In this document: in pieces, positions 30,492 through 39,823 of the stretch
How positions within the stretch are numbered: the stretch's first letter is position 1
Layout: every line of letters starts with the position of its first letter
IMG/VR virus record: IMGVR_UViG_3300008262_000055
Source of the DNA: a virus
Taxonomy: Duplodnaviria > Caudoviricetes
Strand: one strand, 5' to 3'
DNA: 64,000 bases
Notes under the pieces: generated by a model
The model's database searches: none
The model's input: the letters and a program-made list of their open reading frames with translations, nothing else
Told to the model about the DNA's origin: nothing
Position numbers and translations under genes: made by a program

Positions 30492-30757
30492 CCGCGGCTG
30501 AGTAAGGACATGAGTTCCATTTTTTCAGCTATAGCAATAATTCTATTAATTTCATCTAGTTCTTTCTGTGCTATTTCTAGATATTTTTTGCTTTTTGTTT
30601 GTCTATAATGAACACCAGCAATTGAAAAATTTTGTATATGCCGCTCTATTATATTTTCAATTTGATTAACATCATGATTAAACATAGAAAACTTTTTTCG
30701 CCAAATCTCTATTTGACGTCTAAGTTCTGGAAAATCTTGATCTGACTCAACCTTCAT
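30488..30757 (-). CDS. Hypothetical helical protein
   Basis: The track start (TTG 30778) lies in the capsid terminator. The ATG at 30757 follows a TTAAATA promoter-like site and is more plausible. Confidence 0.5.
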   Translation of the reverse strand: MKVESDQDFPELRRQIEIWRKKFSMFNHDVNQIENIIERHIQNFSIAGVHYRQTKSKKYLEIAQKELDEINRIIAIAEKMELMSLLSRG

Positions 30758-30776
30758 GACGATATTTAAGTCAAAC

Positions 30777-30800
30777 AAAAAGGCTCCGAAGAGCCTTTTT
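30777..30800 (-). terminator. Rho-independent terminator after major capsid gene
   Basis: Minus strand reads AAAAAGGCTC-TTCG-GAGCC-TTTTT: a C(UUCG)G tetraloop with a U-tract, as at the T4 gene 23 terminator. Confidence 0.9.
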
Positions 30801-30826
30801 GAAACATATAAAATGTTTTTACTAGA

Positions 30827-32002
30827 TTAGCTAAATTTAACGCTAGCGTAGTTGGTAGAAATATCAACTTTACCTAGGTAATCAGCTGCGTTACCTAGAG
30901 AAGAAGCTGCATTTGTTAACTCAACATAACCATAACGTGTCATGAAGCTTACGACTGGTTCAAATGTTGCTGGATCAAGTACAACACCGCTTGACATCAA
31001 TGGGATGTATGGGCAGTAGAATGCTGGAGCATCAGATTCGCTAGAACCTTTGTATCCGATCAACACATCTGTGTTGTCAGTTGCGTATGCGTCAACATAC
31101 ACTTTCATAGCACTGTTCAATGTACCAACAAACTTGGTGTTTGTAGGTGCTTCGAATGTACCTTCTGTTGTTCTTGCGAACGCAGAAGTTGTAGCACTTT
31201 GAAGAATTGTTAGTGCAAATGGGCTAACAACTGCGTAGTTACCAGCACCACGACGTGTACGCTGAGCGATCAAGTTAGCAACACGGTTGATTTGAACAGC
31301 TAAAGCAGCGTGTTCGTCACCAACGAATGTAGCAGTACCTGAAACGGCAGCTTGGTTATAAGTCTCAACTGCTGTACCAGCTAAGGTACGTAGTGAGCCA
31401 AGAACCTCTTGGTCAATTTCAGCTGTAATTTCTTGAGCTAAAGCAGCCATAATTTCTGCTTCGATGTCAATGCCTTGTTGGGCTTGTGCATCTTGAGCAG
31501 CTTCAAACGTCCAGCGAGCAGACAATTTACGTGTCTTAGCTTCAACTGTTTGTTTCAAGATTTGGATGCTCATCTTACGACCAGCCACACCTTCTAGGCT
31601 AGCAGTAGAAGCAGCTTTACCAGCAGGATCAGTACCAGTACCGGAGTAGCTAGTAGCGATCTTGAATGGGCTTAGAGCCTCTTCACCAGCTGATACGTTA
31701 TCGTTAGCATCGCTGTAACGAACACGTAGAGTGTGAATTTGACCAACTGGACCAGTCATTGGTTGTACACCAACGAGTTCATTAGCGATGACTGTAGGCA
31801 TCACACGTCTGATCACTGGAAGGATCACACGATTTAGGGTTGCAACGTTACCGGCAGAAGTAGCACCAGCAGTGGCACTCTCCGACAAATACTTGCGGGT
31901 ATTTTCAAGAGTAGTGGCCATTACTGAACGACGAGTTCCTTGTAGGCCTTCTAGAAGTGCCTCTTTGGTTTCCTGCCAGCGTGACTCGAGTAGTTCTGAC
32001 AT
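30827..32002 (-). CDS. gp23: Major capsid protein (T4 gp23-like)
   Basis: VGVQPMTGPVGQIHTLR, KTRKLSARWTFEAAQD, LAQEITAEIDQE, FYCPYIPL and FMTRYG motifs of the gp23 family. Confidence 0.95.
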   Translation of the reverse strand: MSELLESRWQETKEALLEGLQGTRRSVMATTLENTRKYLSESATAGATSAGNVATLNRVILPVIRRVMPTVIANELVGVQPMTGPVGQIHTLRVRYSDANDNVSAGEEALSPFKIATSYSGTGTDPAGKAASTASLEGVAGRKMSIQILKQTVEAKTRKLSARWTFEAAQDAQAQQGIDIEAEIMAALAQEITAEIDQEVLGSLRTLAGTAVETYNQAAVSGTATFVGDEHAALAVQINRVANLIAQRTRRGAGNYAVVSPFALTILQSATTSAFARTTEGTFEAPTNTKFVGTLNSAMKVYVDAYATDNTDVLIGYKGSSESDAPAFYCPYIPLMSSGVVLDPATFEPVVSFMTRYGYVELTNAASSLGNAADYLGKVDISTNYASVKFS

Positions 32003-32013
32003 ATTAGTTCTCC

Positions 32014-33105
32014 TTAAACTTTAAGTCCCGCGAGCTTGCGGATATGTATAATATCAGCAGTATTTTCCTGACTGCTGATTTGAGTTGCCTCTTTATTGCC
32101 TGTCACTTCCTTGCCTTCTGTTAGTGCCTTCTTTTTAGGAGCCTCGCCGGCCATAACGGCTGGGAGATATTTGTCAAATGCCGTATTCAACTTTTCAGTC
32201 TGTACAGACTCAAGAAGTTGACTCATAACTGTTTTCTTATCTCCAGTTAACGGATTTAACAATTCGCTCATGATCTTTTCACGCTGAGCCATGCCTTTTA
32301 CAACACGGATTTCGCGATCCTTAGATTCTACGATCTGTTCCTTTTCTTGAATTGCCTTAACGGCTTCTTCAAGTTCTGCTTCTTTTTGCTCAACTACTTT
32401 TAATAGTTTAGCAGTTTCGCTTTTCTCATTGAGATGGCTCGAAGCATATTCGCTTGCGAAGCTTTCAAAAATTCTGCGACCAAAATCATTCTTACGAGCA
32501 GCTTCGATGTCTTCTTTAAGTTGTGTCATTTCTGCTGTTAACTTAGTGATAACAACGTTCTCGACTAGCTTAGAAGCCTTAGCAATAAATTCTGTTTTGA
32601 CAGCATTGAATTTTTCTTTGCTCTCACGTACAAGTTTAACCTTGGTATCAACAAGGTCTTTCTTATCAGTGTGGAACTCAGAAATTTCTTTAGCTAGAGC
32701 ATTTACAATGAAACTCTCTAATTTAGAAACATTCTCTGCTACAGATTTACGATCTTCGTGTAGTTCTTTTAATTCTGCCGCTAATTGACGTAGAACAAAT
32801 TCCTTCATTTTCTCGGAATCGTCTTTCATCTTTTTAGCATATTTGGTTTTAGCTTCGATAAGTTGATTACGATCTTCGGCAAGCTCAGCAAGCTCAGCTT
32901 GTAGACGATCACCAACCATTTTATCAACGGCTTCTACCATGGCAGTTTTATCATGTTCGTATTTTTCTGCGAATTCTTCACGAAGTTCTGCTGTCATTTG
33001 ATCACGGGTTTCTTGAATTCTGCTGTTCCAAGCGGATTCAATTTCCGATTTGATTTCTTCGGAAATCACATTGTTTTCAAATAATTGCTTAACGATGTCT
33101 AGCAT
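32014..33105 (-). CDS. gp22: Prohead core scaffolding protein (gp22-like)
   Basis: 363-aa coiled-coil, Glu/Lys-rich protein between the protease and MCP genes, the canonical T4 order. Confidence 0.8.
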   Translation of the reverse strand: MLDIVKQLFENNVISEEIKSEIESAWNSRIQETRDQMTAELREEFAEKYEHDKTAMVEAVDKMVGDRLQAELAELAEDRNQLIEAKTKYAKKMKDDSEKMKEFVLRQLAAELKELHEDRKSVAENVSKLESFIVNALAKEISEFHTDKKDLVDTKVKLVRESKEKFNAVKTEFIAKASKLVENVVITKLTAEMTQLKEDIEAARKNDFGRRIFESFASEYASSHLNEKSETAKLLKVVEQKEAELEEAVKAIQEKEQIVESKDREIRVVKGMAQREKIMSELLNPLTGDKKTVMSQLLESVQTEKLNTAFDKYLPAVMAGEAPKKKALTEGKEVTGNKEATQISSQENTADIIHIRKLAGLKV

Positions 33106-33120
33106 GTGATTCTCCTACTG

Positions 33121-33750
33121 TTATTTGAGTCCTGAAATAATCTTTTTCAGGCTCTCTGCTATGTATTGCTGTGCCTTTGGATCGCCTTGTACTTCCCTTG
33201 CTATTTTAAATGCCTTGTAACCACCTGCTTGATTCATCAAGTGTTCATAAACTGGTGTTGGATAAGCACCAGGAGCTGAAGGTTGAGCAACAACGTCAAC
33301 GGTAATAATTTCAAAACCTTTGACTTTGCCGTCTCCATCAACATCACCGGAACCCCTCGAACTTACGCCTAATTTTACTCCGCTCTCCAACATGGTTTGA
33401 ATTAATTGTCCCATAGGAGTAGGAAGTAGTTTTAATTTTCCGTAACCATTTGGACCGTCCATCCACATTTTTGTAATCATGTGACTGACACGGTCTAGGT
33501 TGATACGTAGGTCTTCGGGGTGATCTACTTCTCCGAGAACTGAATAACCGCCCGCAATTTGATCATTGACAGTTTTGACAGCCCTAGCGATTTCAGAGGA
33601 GGGGTAAACTCTCTGATTTTGGTTTCTAATATCGCCTTGGATACAGATACCATTCAGATGTAGAGTTTTACCGCCCTTATCATCTTCGGTACTTTCAAGG
33701 ACCAGCTGTGCTTGGTCGAAACTCAGATTTTCTCTTAGATAGTTTTTCAC
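33121..33750 (-). CDS. gp21: Prohead maturation protease (gp21-like)
   Basis: GICIQGDIRNQNQRVYP, GEVDHP, LGVSSRGSG and DVVAQPSAPGA motifs; GTG start. Confidence 0.92.
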   Translation of the reverse strand: MKNYLRENLSFDQAQLVLESTEDDKGGKTLHLNGICIQGDIRNQNQRVYPSSEIARAVKTVNDQIAGGYSVLGEVDHPEDLRINLDRVSHMITKMWMDGPNGYGKLKLLPTPMGQLIQTMLESGVKLGVSSRGSGDVDGDGKVKGFEIITVDVVAQPSAPGAYPTPVYEHLMNQAGGYKAFKIAREVQGDPKAQQYIAESLKKIISGLK

Positions 33751-33764
33751 CTAGATCGTTCCGA

Positions 33765-34652
33765 TTATCTGCTACCGCGGATGATTGATGTAGCATCTAC
33801 ACCACTTTCAGCAGTACCTTTCTTTTCAGCTCCATGTCCTTGGCTATTCTTGCTATAGAATGCTTTGGCGTTGGTGCCTCCAACTACGTTAACATTACCG
33901 GTATTCATATCTTGTGGCTTTTGCTTTGTTAGGCCGTTACCCTTAATGGTACCGCCAGCTCCAGCGTAAGATGGGCTATCTTCTTTGCTAGAAAGAATGT
34001 TAGCAGTTGTACCGCCCATGTCGTTTTTACCTGCTACTGATGACTTTGTATTGTCAGCTTTTTCAGCAGCACCTTTCTTTTCAGCACCGTGACCTGCTGG
34101 AACTTTCTCAACATATTCACGTACTGTTTCTAGATCAAATTCATCTTTCATCATGCCTGGCATGTTGTCCATGTCCATGTCGCTTGGACCGCCCATGTTA
34201 TCAGCATCTGGCTCAGCATGGTCACCGCCGGCATATTTTGCGAAAGCAGCTTCTAGTTCGTCAACGATGTCTTTTAGATCGCCTTTAGTAGCTGGCTCAT
34301 CGTCCTCGCCTTCTTCTTCACCTTCTTCGCCACCAAACTCTTCTTCGTCTTCTTCACCTTCACCCGGTGCTGCGATGTCTGTTTCGAGGTCGCCAGTTTC
34401 ATCATCGCCTTCTGCGGTGATGTCTTCAAAATTTTCGTCTAGATCGTCTTCGTTTGTTTCGTCTAGATCTTCGTCTGCTGTTTCGTCTAGATCTTCATCT
34501 TTGACTTCTTCGTCGATTTCAGAATCGATAAGATTTTCATAAATTTCACGGGATTTACCAACTACGTACTCGTGAAACATTTCTTCTGCTTTTTGTTGTT
34601 CGTTGTTCAGCAAGTGTTCTAACACTGCTGCGATTTGATTTTTATCTGCCAT
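33765..34652 (-). CDS. Acidic prohead core/internal protein
   Basis: 295 aa, very Asp/Glu-rich, with repeated DLDE and duplicated GHGAEKKG. Lies between the portal and protease genes, where T4 has gp67/gp68. Confidence 0.55.
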   Translation of the reverse strand: MADKNQIAAVLEHLLNNEQQKAEEMFHEYVVGKSREIYENLIDSEIDEEVKDEDLDETADEDLDETNEDDLDENFEDITAEGDDETGDLETDIAAPGEGEEDEEEFGGEEGEEEGEDDEPATKGDLKDIVDELEAAFAKYAGGDHAEPDADNMGGPSDMDMDNMPGMMKDEFDLETVREYVEKVPAGHGAEKKGAAEKADNTKSSVAGKNDMGGTTANILSSKEDSPSYAGAGGTIKGNGLTKQKPQDMNTGNVNVVGGTNAKAFYSKNSQGHGAEKKGTAESGVDATSIIRGSR

Positions 34653-34744
34653 GATTTTTCCTCCAAAATGGTTAGGCTGTCAAGTTATATTTAACTATTA
34701 ATATAAAGATCGGGATTAAATGGTACTTTTTTGATGAATTTTGA

Positions 34745-35377
34745 TCATTTAAATATCGCCTTATGTAGATCTTTTTTCAATTCATCATAAGTTACGTGAC
34801 TGAAATTTTCTGTTATACCTGCTAGTATAGGAGGTATAAAATCTTTTTTATCTTCTACTATTCGATAGTATTTAATTTTTCTAAACTCTCTTATGACTTT
34901 TTCGGTCTGATTTACCCAATTTCCAAAATAAGTTGCTGGTTCGTAGCTGCGTCTATAGTTAGGAGTGTCGGCATATACATTGTTTAATTTGCCTTCAGAT
35001 CCTTGGAAATCAAAACCAGAAATATAAATTTCATCATAGCCATGTGTACTAGCTAACCACAATGCTGTAGGTCCAGAACTCCATCCTTTGTGCGGATTAA
35101 AGAACTGAAATCCTTCTAATTTTAATACATTTTTGTTAGGGTTAGTCCACACCTGTTTGCCAAATTGCCAACGAGAATTGGCAATTTCTCTTACCATTTT
35201 CTCATCTACTGCTATAAGAAAATCCGGCTCATACTCTCTATAAAGAGCGTTACACCCGTAGATTTTTCCGTATTTTTTTAGTTCTGGAAGGTTGAGTCGC
35301 AGCCTACTACGGCCGTTGCCTAGCACAAATGCGACACGTTTAGGCTGGTTGTTCTTCTGCGTTTGGTGGCTGTCCAT
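34745..35377 (-). CDS. Putative glycosyltransferase-like protein (GNGxS motif; sialyltransferase/DUF115-like fold)
   Basis: VAFVLGNGRSR...IYGCNALYRE..PDFLIAVD...GWSSGPTAL.LA...EIYISGFDF pattern. Confidence 0.55.
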   Translation of the reverse strand: MDSHQTQKNNQPKRVAFVLGNGRSRLRLNLPELKKYGKIYGCNALYREYEPDFLIAVDEKMVREIANSRWQFGKQVWTNPNKNVLKLEGFQFFNPHKGWSSGPTALWLASTHGYDEIYISGFDFQGSEGKLNNVYADTPNYRRSYEPATYFGNWVNQTEKVIREFRKIKYYRIVEDKKDFIPPILAGITENFSHVTYDELKKDLHKAIFK

Positions 35378-35588
35378 ACATCTGCTGTATAAATTCTAGT
35401 TCCGCAGCCTGCTCAAACTCATGTGCTTCACTTTGTTTTCTTAATTGATTAATTTGTCGTAGAGTAAGAGACATTTTTCGTGTGTCATCTTTGTCAAGGA
35501 CAGACTTGTCACGCTGATTTTCGTAGCGTTTGTCGTCTACGTACTCAGCTTGTTTATCGTTAAAATAGAAAAATTCTAGAAGCTTCAT
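35340..35588 (-). CDS. Conserved small hypothetical head-module protein
   Basis: 82 aa directly after the portal gene, LTLRQINQLRK motif, ATAAATA site upstream. Confidence 0.55.
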   Translation of the reverse strand: MKLLEFFYFNDKQAEYVDDKRYENQRDKSVLDKDDTRKMSLTLRQINQLRKQSEAHEFEQAAELEFIQQMYGQPPNAEEQPA

Positions 35589-35593
35589 TCTAA

Positions 35594-35600
35594 TATTTAT
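35594..35600 (-). promoter_or_regulatory. T4-type late promoter
   Basis: ATAAATA overlapping the portal stop codon, only 5 nt before ATG 35588. Confidence 0.5.
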
Positions 35601-37318
35601 TAGATTGCCGTCGGAGTTGTCGGCGTTGCTGCAGCTGTGTCCCCACCTTCTGGGGCTGGATTTTCAGCTTGAGCGGCTAAATCATCTGGTGCTTCTTGAT
35701 CTTGTGCCTCCATATCTGCTGATATTCCACCGGGTGTTACACCTACTGATCTCATTTCGCTTGCTGCATTCATTGCGGCTGATACCAGCGTTCCGTTTTC
35801 TTCTTTCCACATACGCTCGTTTTCTGTAATTTCTTCTTGACTTAATCCTAAGAAGCGTTTTAGAGCAAAGCGTTTACTCATAAAAGGAACTTCCTGTAGT
35901 GCTGCGAATGTCTGTACTCGAGCATTATCAAGTTCACTCTGACGATAGGCCGCAAAGTTTTGCGGAGGATTAAACTTTAATTCAAATAAACTGTTGTCAA
36001 TATTAATGCCAGTATCGATCAACCATGTTTTAAATTCTAAATCGAATTCTTCAATTAAATTTGTCTGTAAACGTTTACAGTATTCATTAAAACGTAGCTC
36101 TTGGATGTAGGCTGTGCCTACTTTTCCGTCTGTGAATGCTGCTTGGCTATCGTCAGGCATTGTAGGAAGATAGCTGCTAGGAATACGTAACGCACGGAAT
36201 AATTTATTAGTGAAATAACGTAAGTCGTCGATTTCACCTAGGTTAGTACCGCCTGGTAAAGTGTCGACTTTTGATCCGCGGCCTTCTGCTGTCTGCGGGA
36301 AAAAGTAATCTTCTGATATGCTTAATGGATTATAACTAGCATCGATCATATTAGCACCGCCGCCAGACTGACTAGGTATGCGTCTTTGATTAATTTCGTT
36401 TTTAACACGTTCTACAAAGCTCATAGCCATGTGTGCTGGCATGTTACCAACGTCAATATAGAACACTCTGCGTTCTGGAGCACGTTGTACACGATAGATA
36501 ATAATAGCGTCTTCAAGCAGTTCTTTCTGCTTGTAGACTTTGAATACTGATTCTAATAATGAATTGCCGAACGGATAGTTATTGTCTAACCCTTCTGACA
36601 AACTCAAATGTACAATATGTTTAGCATCAATGGCTAGTTCTTCTTGAGTAGTACTAAACCTAGTACCTGTCTGTGTAGGTGCTGTGCCTACCATACCTCG
36701 CCCAAAAGATCCGCCACTGACATATGAAGCAGAACCTGCTGGAGTTTTATTTGTATTATTCAGTAATGAAGTTGCTACTAGATTTCTAAAATTGAAATTC
36801 ATATCACGAACTACATACTGCTCGGGCTTTTTACCTTCAGATTCGTTGACTATAATTTTTACTAGTTTAGCAGGATCGACATAATGAAGTTTTTGTGTTT
36901 CTGGATCTCTAATAAAAAACGAATCGCCGTATTTGAAAACGTTACGCACAATGCGGAACATACGTGTTTCAAATTGTTGGAACTTATGCCACTTCTGTAA
37001 TCCATCTTTAAGGATTTTAACTTCTGTAGCTGTTGGTTGTCCTTTGAAATTAATTTGGAAAGCTGTGTTGTTTTCTCTGTTAGTTTGTGTACAGAATTCT
37101 GCTAGGATGTCTAGGGCAGCATTAACTTCTGAATCCATGTCCATAGTTTCATACTGCATGTATCGTTCTACACGATTTGGAGTACCAGCATATACATCAG
37201 GTAAAAAACTAGAATAGTTTGAGCGTGCCGGGCCTGGTCTAGAACCATTCCCTAATGGGCTCATGGATCCTGCTTGTTTAGCTACAGGTACAGGCGTAAA
37301 ATATTTTTTCCAACTCAA
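35600..37318 (-). CDS. gp20: Portal protein (gp20-like)
   Basis: EVNAALD, LLEDAIIIYRVQRAPERRVFYIDVGNMP, EDYFFP...GRGSKVDTLPGG and YFTNKLFRALRIPSS motifs. Confidence 0.95.
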   Translation of the reverse strand: MSWKKYFTPVPVAKQAGSMSPLGNGSRPGPARSNYSSFLPDVYAGTPNRVERYMQYETMDMDSEVNAALDILAEFCTQTNRENNTAFQINFKGQPTATEVKILKDGLQKWHKFQQFETRMFRIVRNVFKYGDSFFIRDPETQKLHYVDPAKLVKIIVNESEGKKPEQYVVRDMNFNFRNLVATSLLNNTNKTPAGSASYVSGGSFGRGMVGTAPTQTGTRFSTTQEELAIDAKHIVHLSLSEGLDNNYPFGNSLLESVFKVYKQKELLEDAIIIYRVQRAPERRVFYIDVGNMPAHMAMSFVERVKNEINQRRIPSQSGGGANMIDASYNPLSISEDYFFPQTAEGRGSKVDTLPGGTNLGEIDDLRYFTNKLFRALRIPSSYLPTMPDDSQAAFTDGKVGTAYIQELRFNEYCKRLQTNLIEEFDLEFKTWLIDTGINIDNSLFELKFNPPQNFAAYRQSELDNARVQTFAALQEVPFMSKRFALKRFLGLSQEEITENERMWKEENGTLVSAAMNAASEMRSVGVTPGGISADMEAQDQEAPDDLAAQAENPAPEGGDTAAATPTTPTAI

Positions 37319-37339
37319 TTTATTCTCCAGTGCTTGACC

Positions 37340-39823
37340 TTAGGTCATAGCTAACAGTTTAGAACGCTCTAATCCAACATCTTGTTTTGCTACATCAATC
37401 ATGCGATTAATATTACTATTTAAACGTTTTACTACATCTCTCATCGAGATCTGAGCACTTGTATTGATCACATTTTGAAGTTGTCCTGGTGATACTACTG
37501 CTTCTTTTCCGTGAAGCGTGGCCATTGTACCGCGTTTAAAGTTTCCAAACAATCCTCCAAGGGTTCCAAGAGTACCAGTATTCATACCCATATAAGTTGA
37601 AGGATATTCTTTGCGTAACCTTTCTACTTCATCAGCATACTCTTTTCTCTCCATAATCCTTTGAATTTTAGGGAGATTTCTATTTTTTGTTTGGGCAAAC
37701 AAAGCAGGATCAAACATTACTTGTCTTAAAGGATTTAGGTTTGTGCCTATTCCACGGATGCCTTTGTTTAAAAGATTAGCCACTGCTTCTCTTTGTAACA
37801 GCGTTAACCCTCCAAATTGATCTCTATCGTCTGGCATCGAAGCACCTGCCTGTGCTTTACGTTCTCTAAGTGCTAGAATTGCTGCGGTAAGAGCAGCATC
37901 TGTAACTCGACTGCCGCTGCCTCCTTCATAAGTGCTGTCGTAAGATCTAAAACGTCCATCTGAGCCTCTTAATAAATCTCTAATATAATATGTTTTGCCA
38001 TCTATAACAACTTTTTCATCTTCTGGACTTACCGGCATCCTTCTTTCTTCTTTAGGCAAAATTAACTGGTCTCTATTTTCTCTGGCAAATCTAAGCCTAG
38101 CTTCAGCTTCTGCCGCCATCCGATCAAGGTCTGGACCAATTCCTATTTTTGCTAACCACTTTGCTGCACCTTCAACATTAAATGTTGAATATATTGCTTT
38201 TCGCATGTACATATGAAAATATATAATGGCCGCTTCAAACATGCTTTCAAATATATTTTTCATGTATACAAGCGTGTCATCATCTGTGAGATTTGCAAAA
38301 AAGTTTTTTACATACGGTAACGCATCATTAGCTAATTGTATTAGATATTTGCTAAACGCTCTTAGTTGGTCGGGTATCATAGCTATTTTAAATTCTTTGG
38401 CTAGTTCTTTCATGATAGGAAAGAATCCTTTTAATAGTGCTCGATAGACACGATATACCGATCTTTGAAATTTTCTTAGAGTATCTGTAAACGCATCTGT
38501 TTTTCCTTGCTCTTTTTTAGCTGCTTCAACCATCTTAACAAATTGACCTTCCATGTCTTTGCTTAGACCGCCTTGTTTAATCATAAATTCCATTGCTGGT
38601 GTAAGAGCCTTAACTAGCTTTTTAGAACTTTCATTTCCCGATACTGAACCTTTTATTATACCTTCCAAATCTTTCATAGCTTCTTTAGAATTAGCTAATT
38701 GACTGCCTATGGTATTATTAACATAATCTTCAAATACTTTAGGACTAACACTGGTGTCTTTGGCCATTTTAATAATAGTATCCATAGACCTTTCAAAACT
38801 TGGCCCTAACGCATACTGTAATGCTATTACAGTATCATTGATAGATTGAACACCTAATTCTCTAGATTTAAATAATTCTGCTCCTTGAGCACCAAATACC
38901 ATAGAAAAACTCTGTAAAGCTGTTTCCATCCTAGCCTGCTGAGCAGGTAATAATTTTCCAACTTTTAGTTTATATGATAGGTCTTGGTTAGCTGCCGCTG
39001 CGGCTTCTTGACGCTGCTCTTTACCCATGCCTGTTATTTTTTGAAAAGCATCTATTTGACTAGCGTATTGTAAAAATTCGTTGCTAGTGCTATTAAGATT
39101 GTTTTCTGTTACAGCTTTTCCTCTTCTAGTTGCAGCATAGAATTCTAATAGTAAATCATTTTGTTGATATGTGTTATATCCCCATCGATCTAATATATCT
39201 GACACTCGATCAGAATCCATAAACATAGCAGCAGATAATTTTCGTAAATTATCTATACCGGTAGTCATTGTACCTCCGCCTAACGATACTAACGTTTCTG
39301 CGTTACTTCCAACCAACGATACAAGCTCGTCAGTAGACAATCCCATATCTAAAGCAGTTTCTTTAAATTTAAAAATACTATAATTAAATGTTGCTCCGTG
39401 TTTGTTTGCTTCTCGCAGCCCGTCGTTCCAAGATTCTAAAGCCACTATAGTTTCTGTTACAATGCCGGCAAGATCACCTAAAGTGTCTCCCACAACTGGA
39501 AGTTTTTTAATTAAATCATCTTGTATAAATTTTCCGTAAGCACTGAGTTTATCTTCACCCCTAGCTATCATAGAGATAAAATTCTTACCAGCACTAACTG
39601 TATTTGATAGTCCGGCAGTTAATGTAGTAAAACTTTTTTTTAGTAATTTAAGTGATGTACCAGCAGCACCAGCTTCGTCAGATACGTCGTCGCCGCCTCT
39701 ATTATTGTTAGAGTTATCTTTATAGTATCTAACAATTTCTTGAAGCGTGGTTTCGGACGCAGCGTTGTTAATTACTCCGCTACCTAATTTTGAACTAAAG
39801 TATTCTACAGTATTTTTAGCCAT
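37340..39823 (-). CDS. Tape-measure-like protein (paralogue 2)
   Basis: 827 aa, helical. N-terminal NNAASETTL and C-terminal GTLGTLGGLF...LHGKEAVVSPGQL blocks shared with 39823..42411. Coupled to it by a TAATG overlap. Confidence 0.6.
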   Translation of the reverse strand: MAKNTVEYFSSKLGSGVINNAASETTLQEIVRYYKDNSNNNRGGDDVSDEAGAAGTSLKLLKKSFTTLTAGLSNTVSAGKNFISMIARGEDKLSAYGKFIQDDLIKKLPVVGDTLGDLAGIVTETIVALESWNDGLREANKHGATFNYSIFKFKETALDMGLSTDELVSLVGSNAETLVSLGGGTMTTGIDNLRKLSAAMFMDSDRVSDILDRWGYNTYQQNDLLLEFYAATRRGKAVTENNLNSTSNEFLQYASQIDAFQKITGMGKEQRQEAAAAANQDLSYKLKVGKLLPAQQARMETALQSFSMVFGAQGAELFKSRELGVQSINDTVIALQYALGPSFERSMDTIIKMAKDTSVSPKVFEDYVNNTIGSQLANSKEAMKDLEGIIKGSVSGNESSKKLVKALTPAMEFMIKQGGLSKDMEGQFVKMVEAAKKEQGKTDAFTDTLRKFQRSVYRVYRALLKGFFPIMKELAKEFKIAMIPDQLRAFSKYLIQLANDALPYVKNFFANLTDDDTLVYMKNIFESMFEAAIIYFHMYMRKAIYSTFNVEGAAKWLAKIGIGPDLDRMAAEAEARLRFARENRDQLILPKEERRMPVSPEDEKVVIDGKTYYIRDLLRGSDGRFRSYDSTYEGGSGSRVTDAALTAAILALRERKAQAGASMPDDRDQFGGLTLLQREAVANLLNKGIRGIGTNLNPLRQVMFDPALFAQTKNRNLPKIQRIMERKEYADEVERLRKEYPSTYMGMNTGTLGTLGGLFGNFKRGTMATLHGKEAVVSPGQLQNVINTSAQISMRDVVKRLNSNINRMIDVAKQDVGLERSKLLAMT

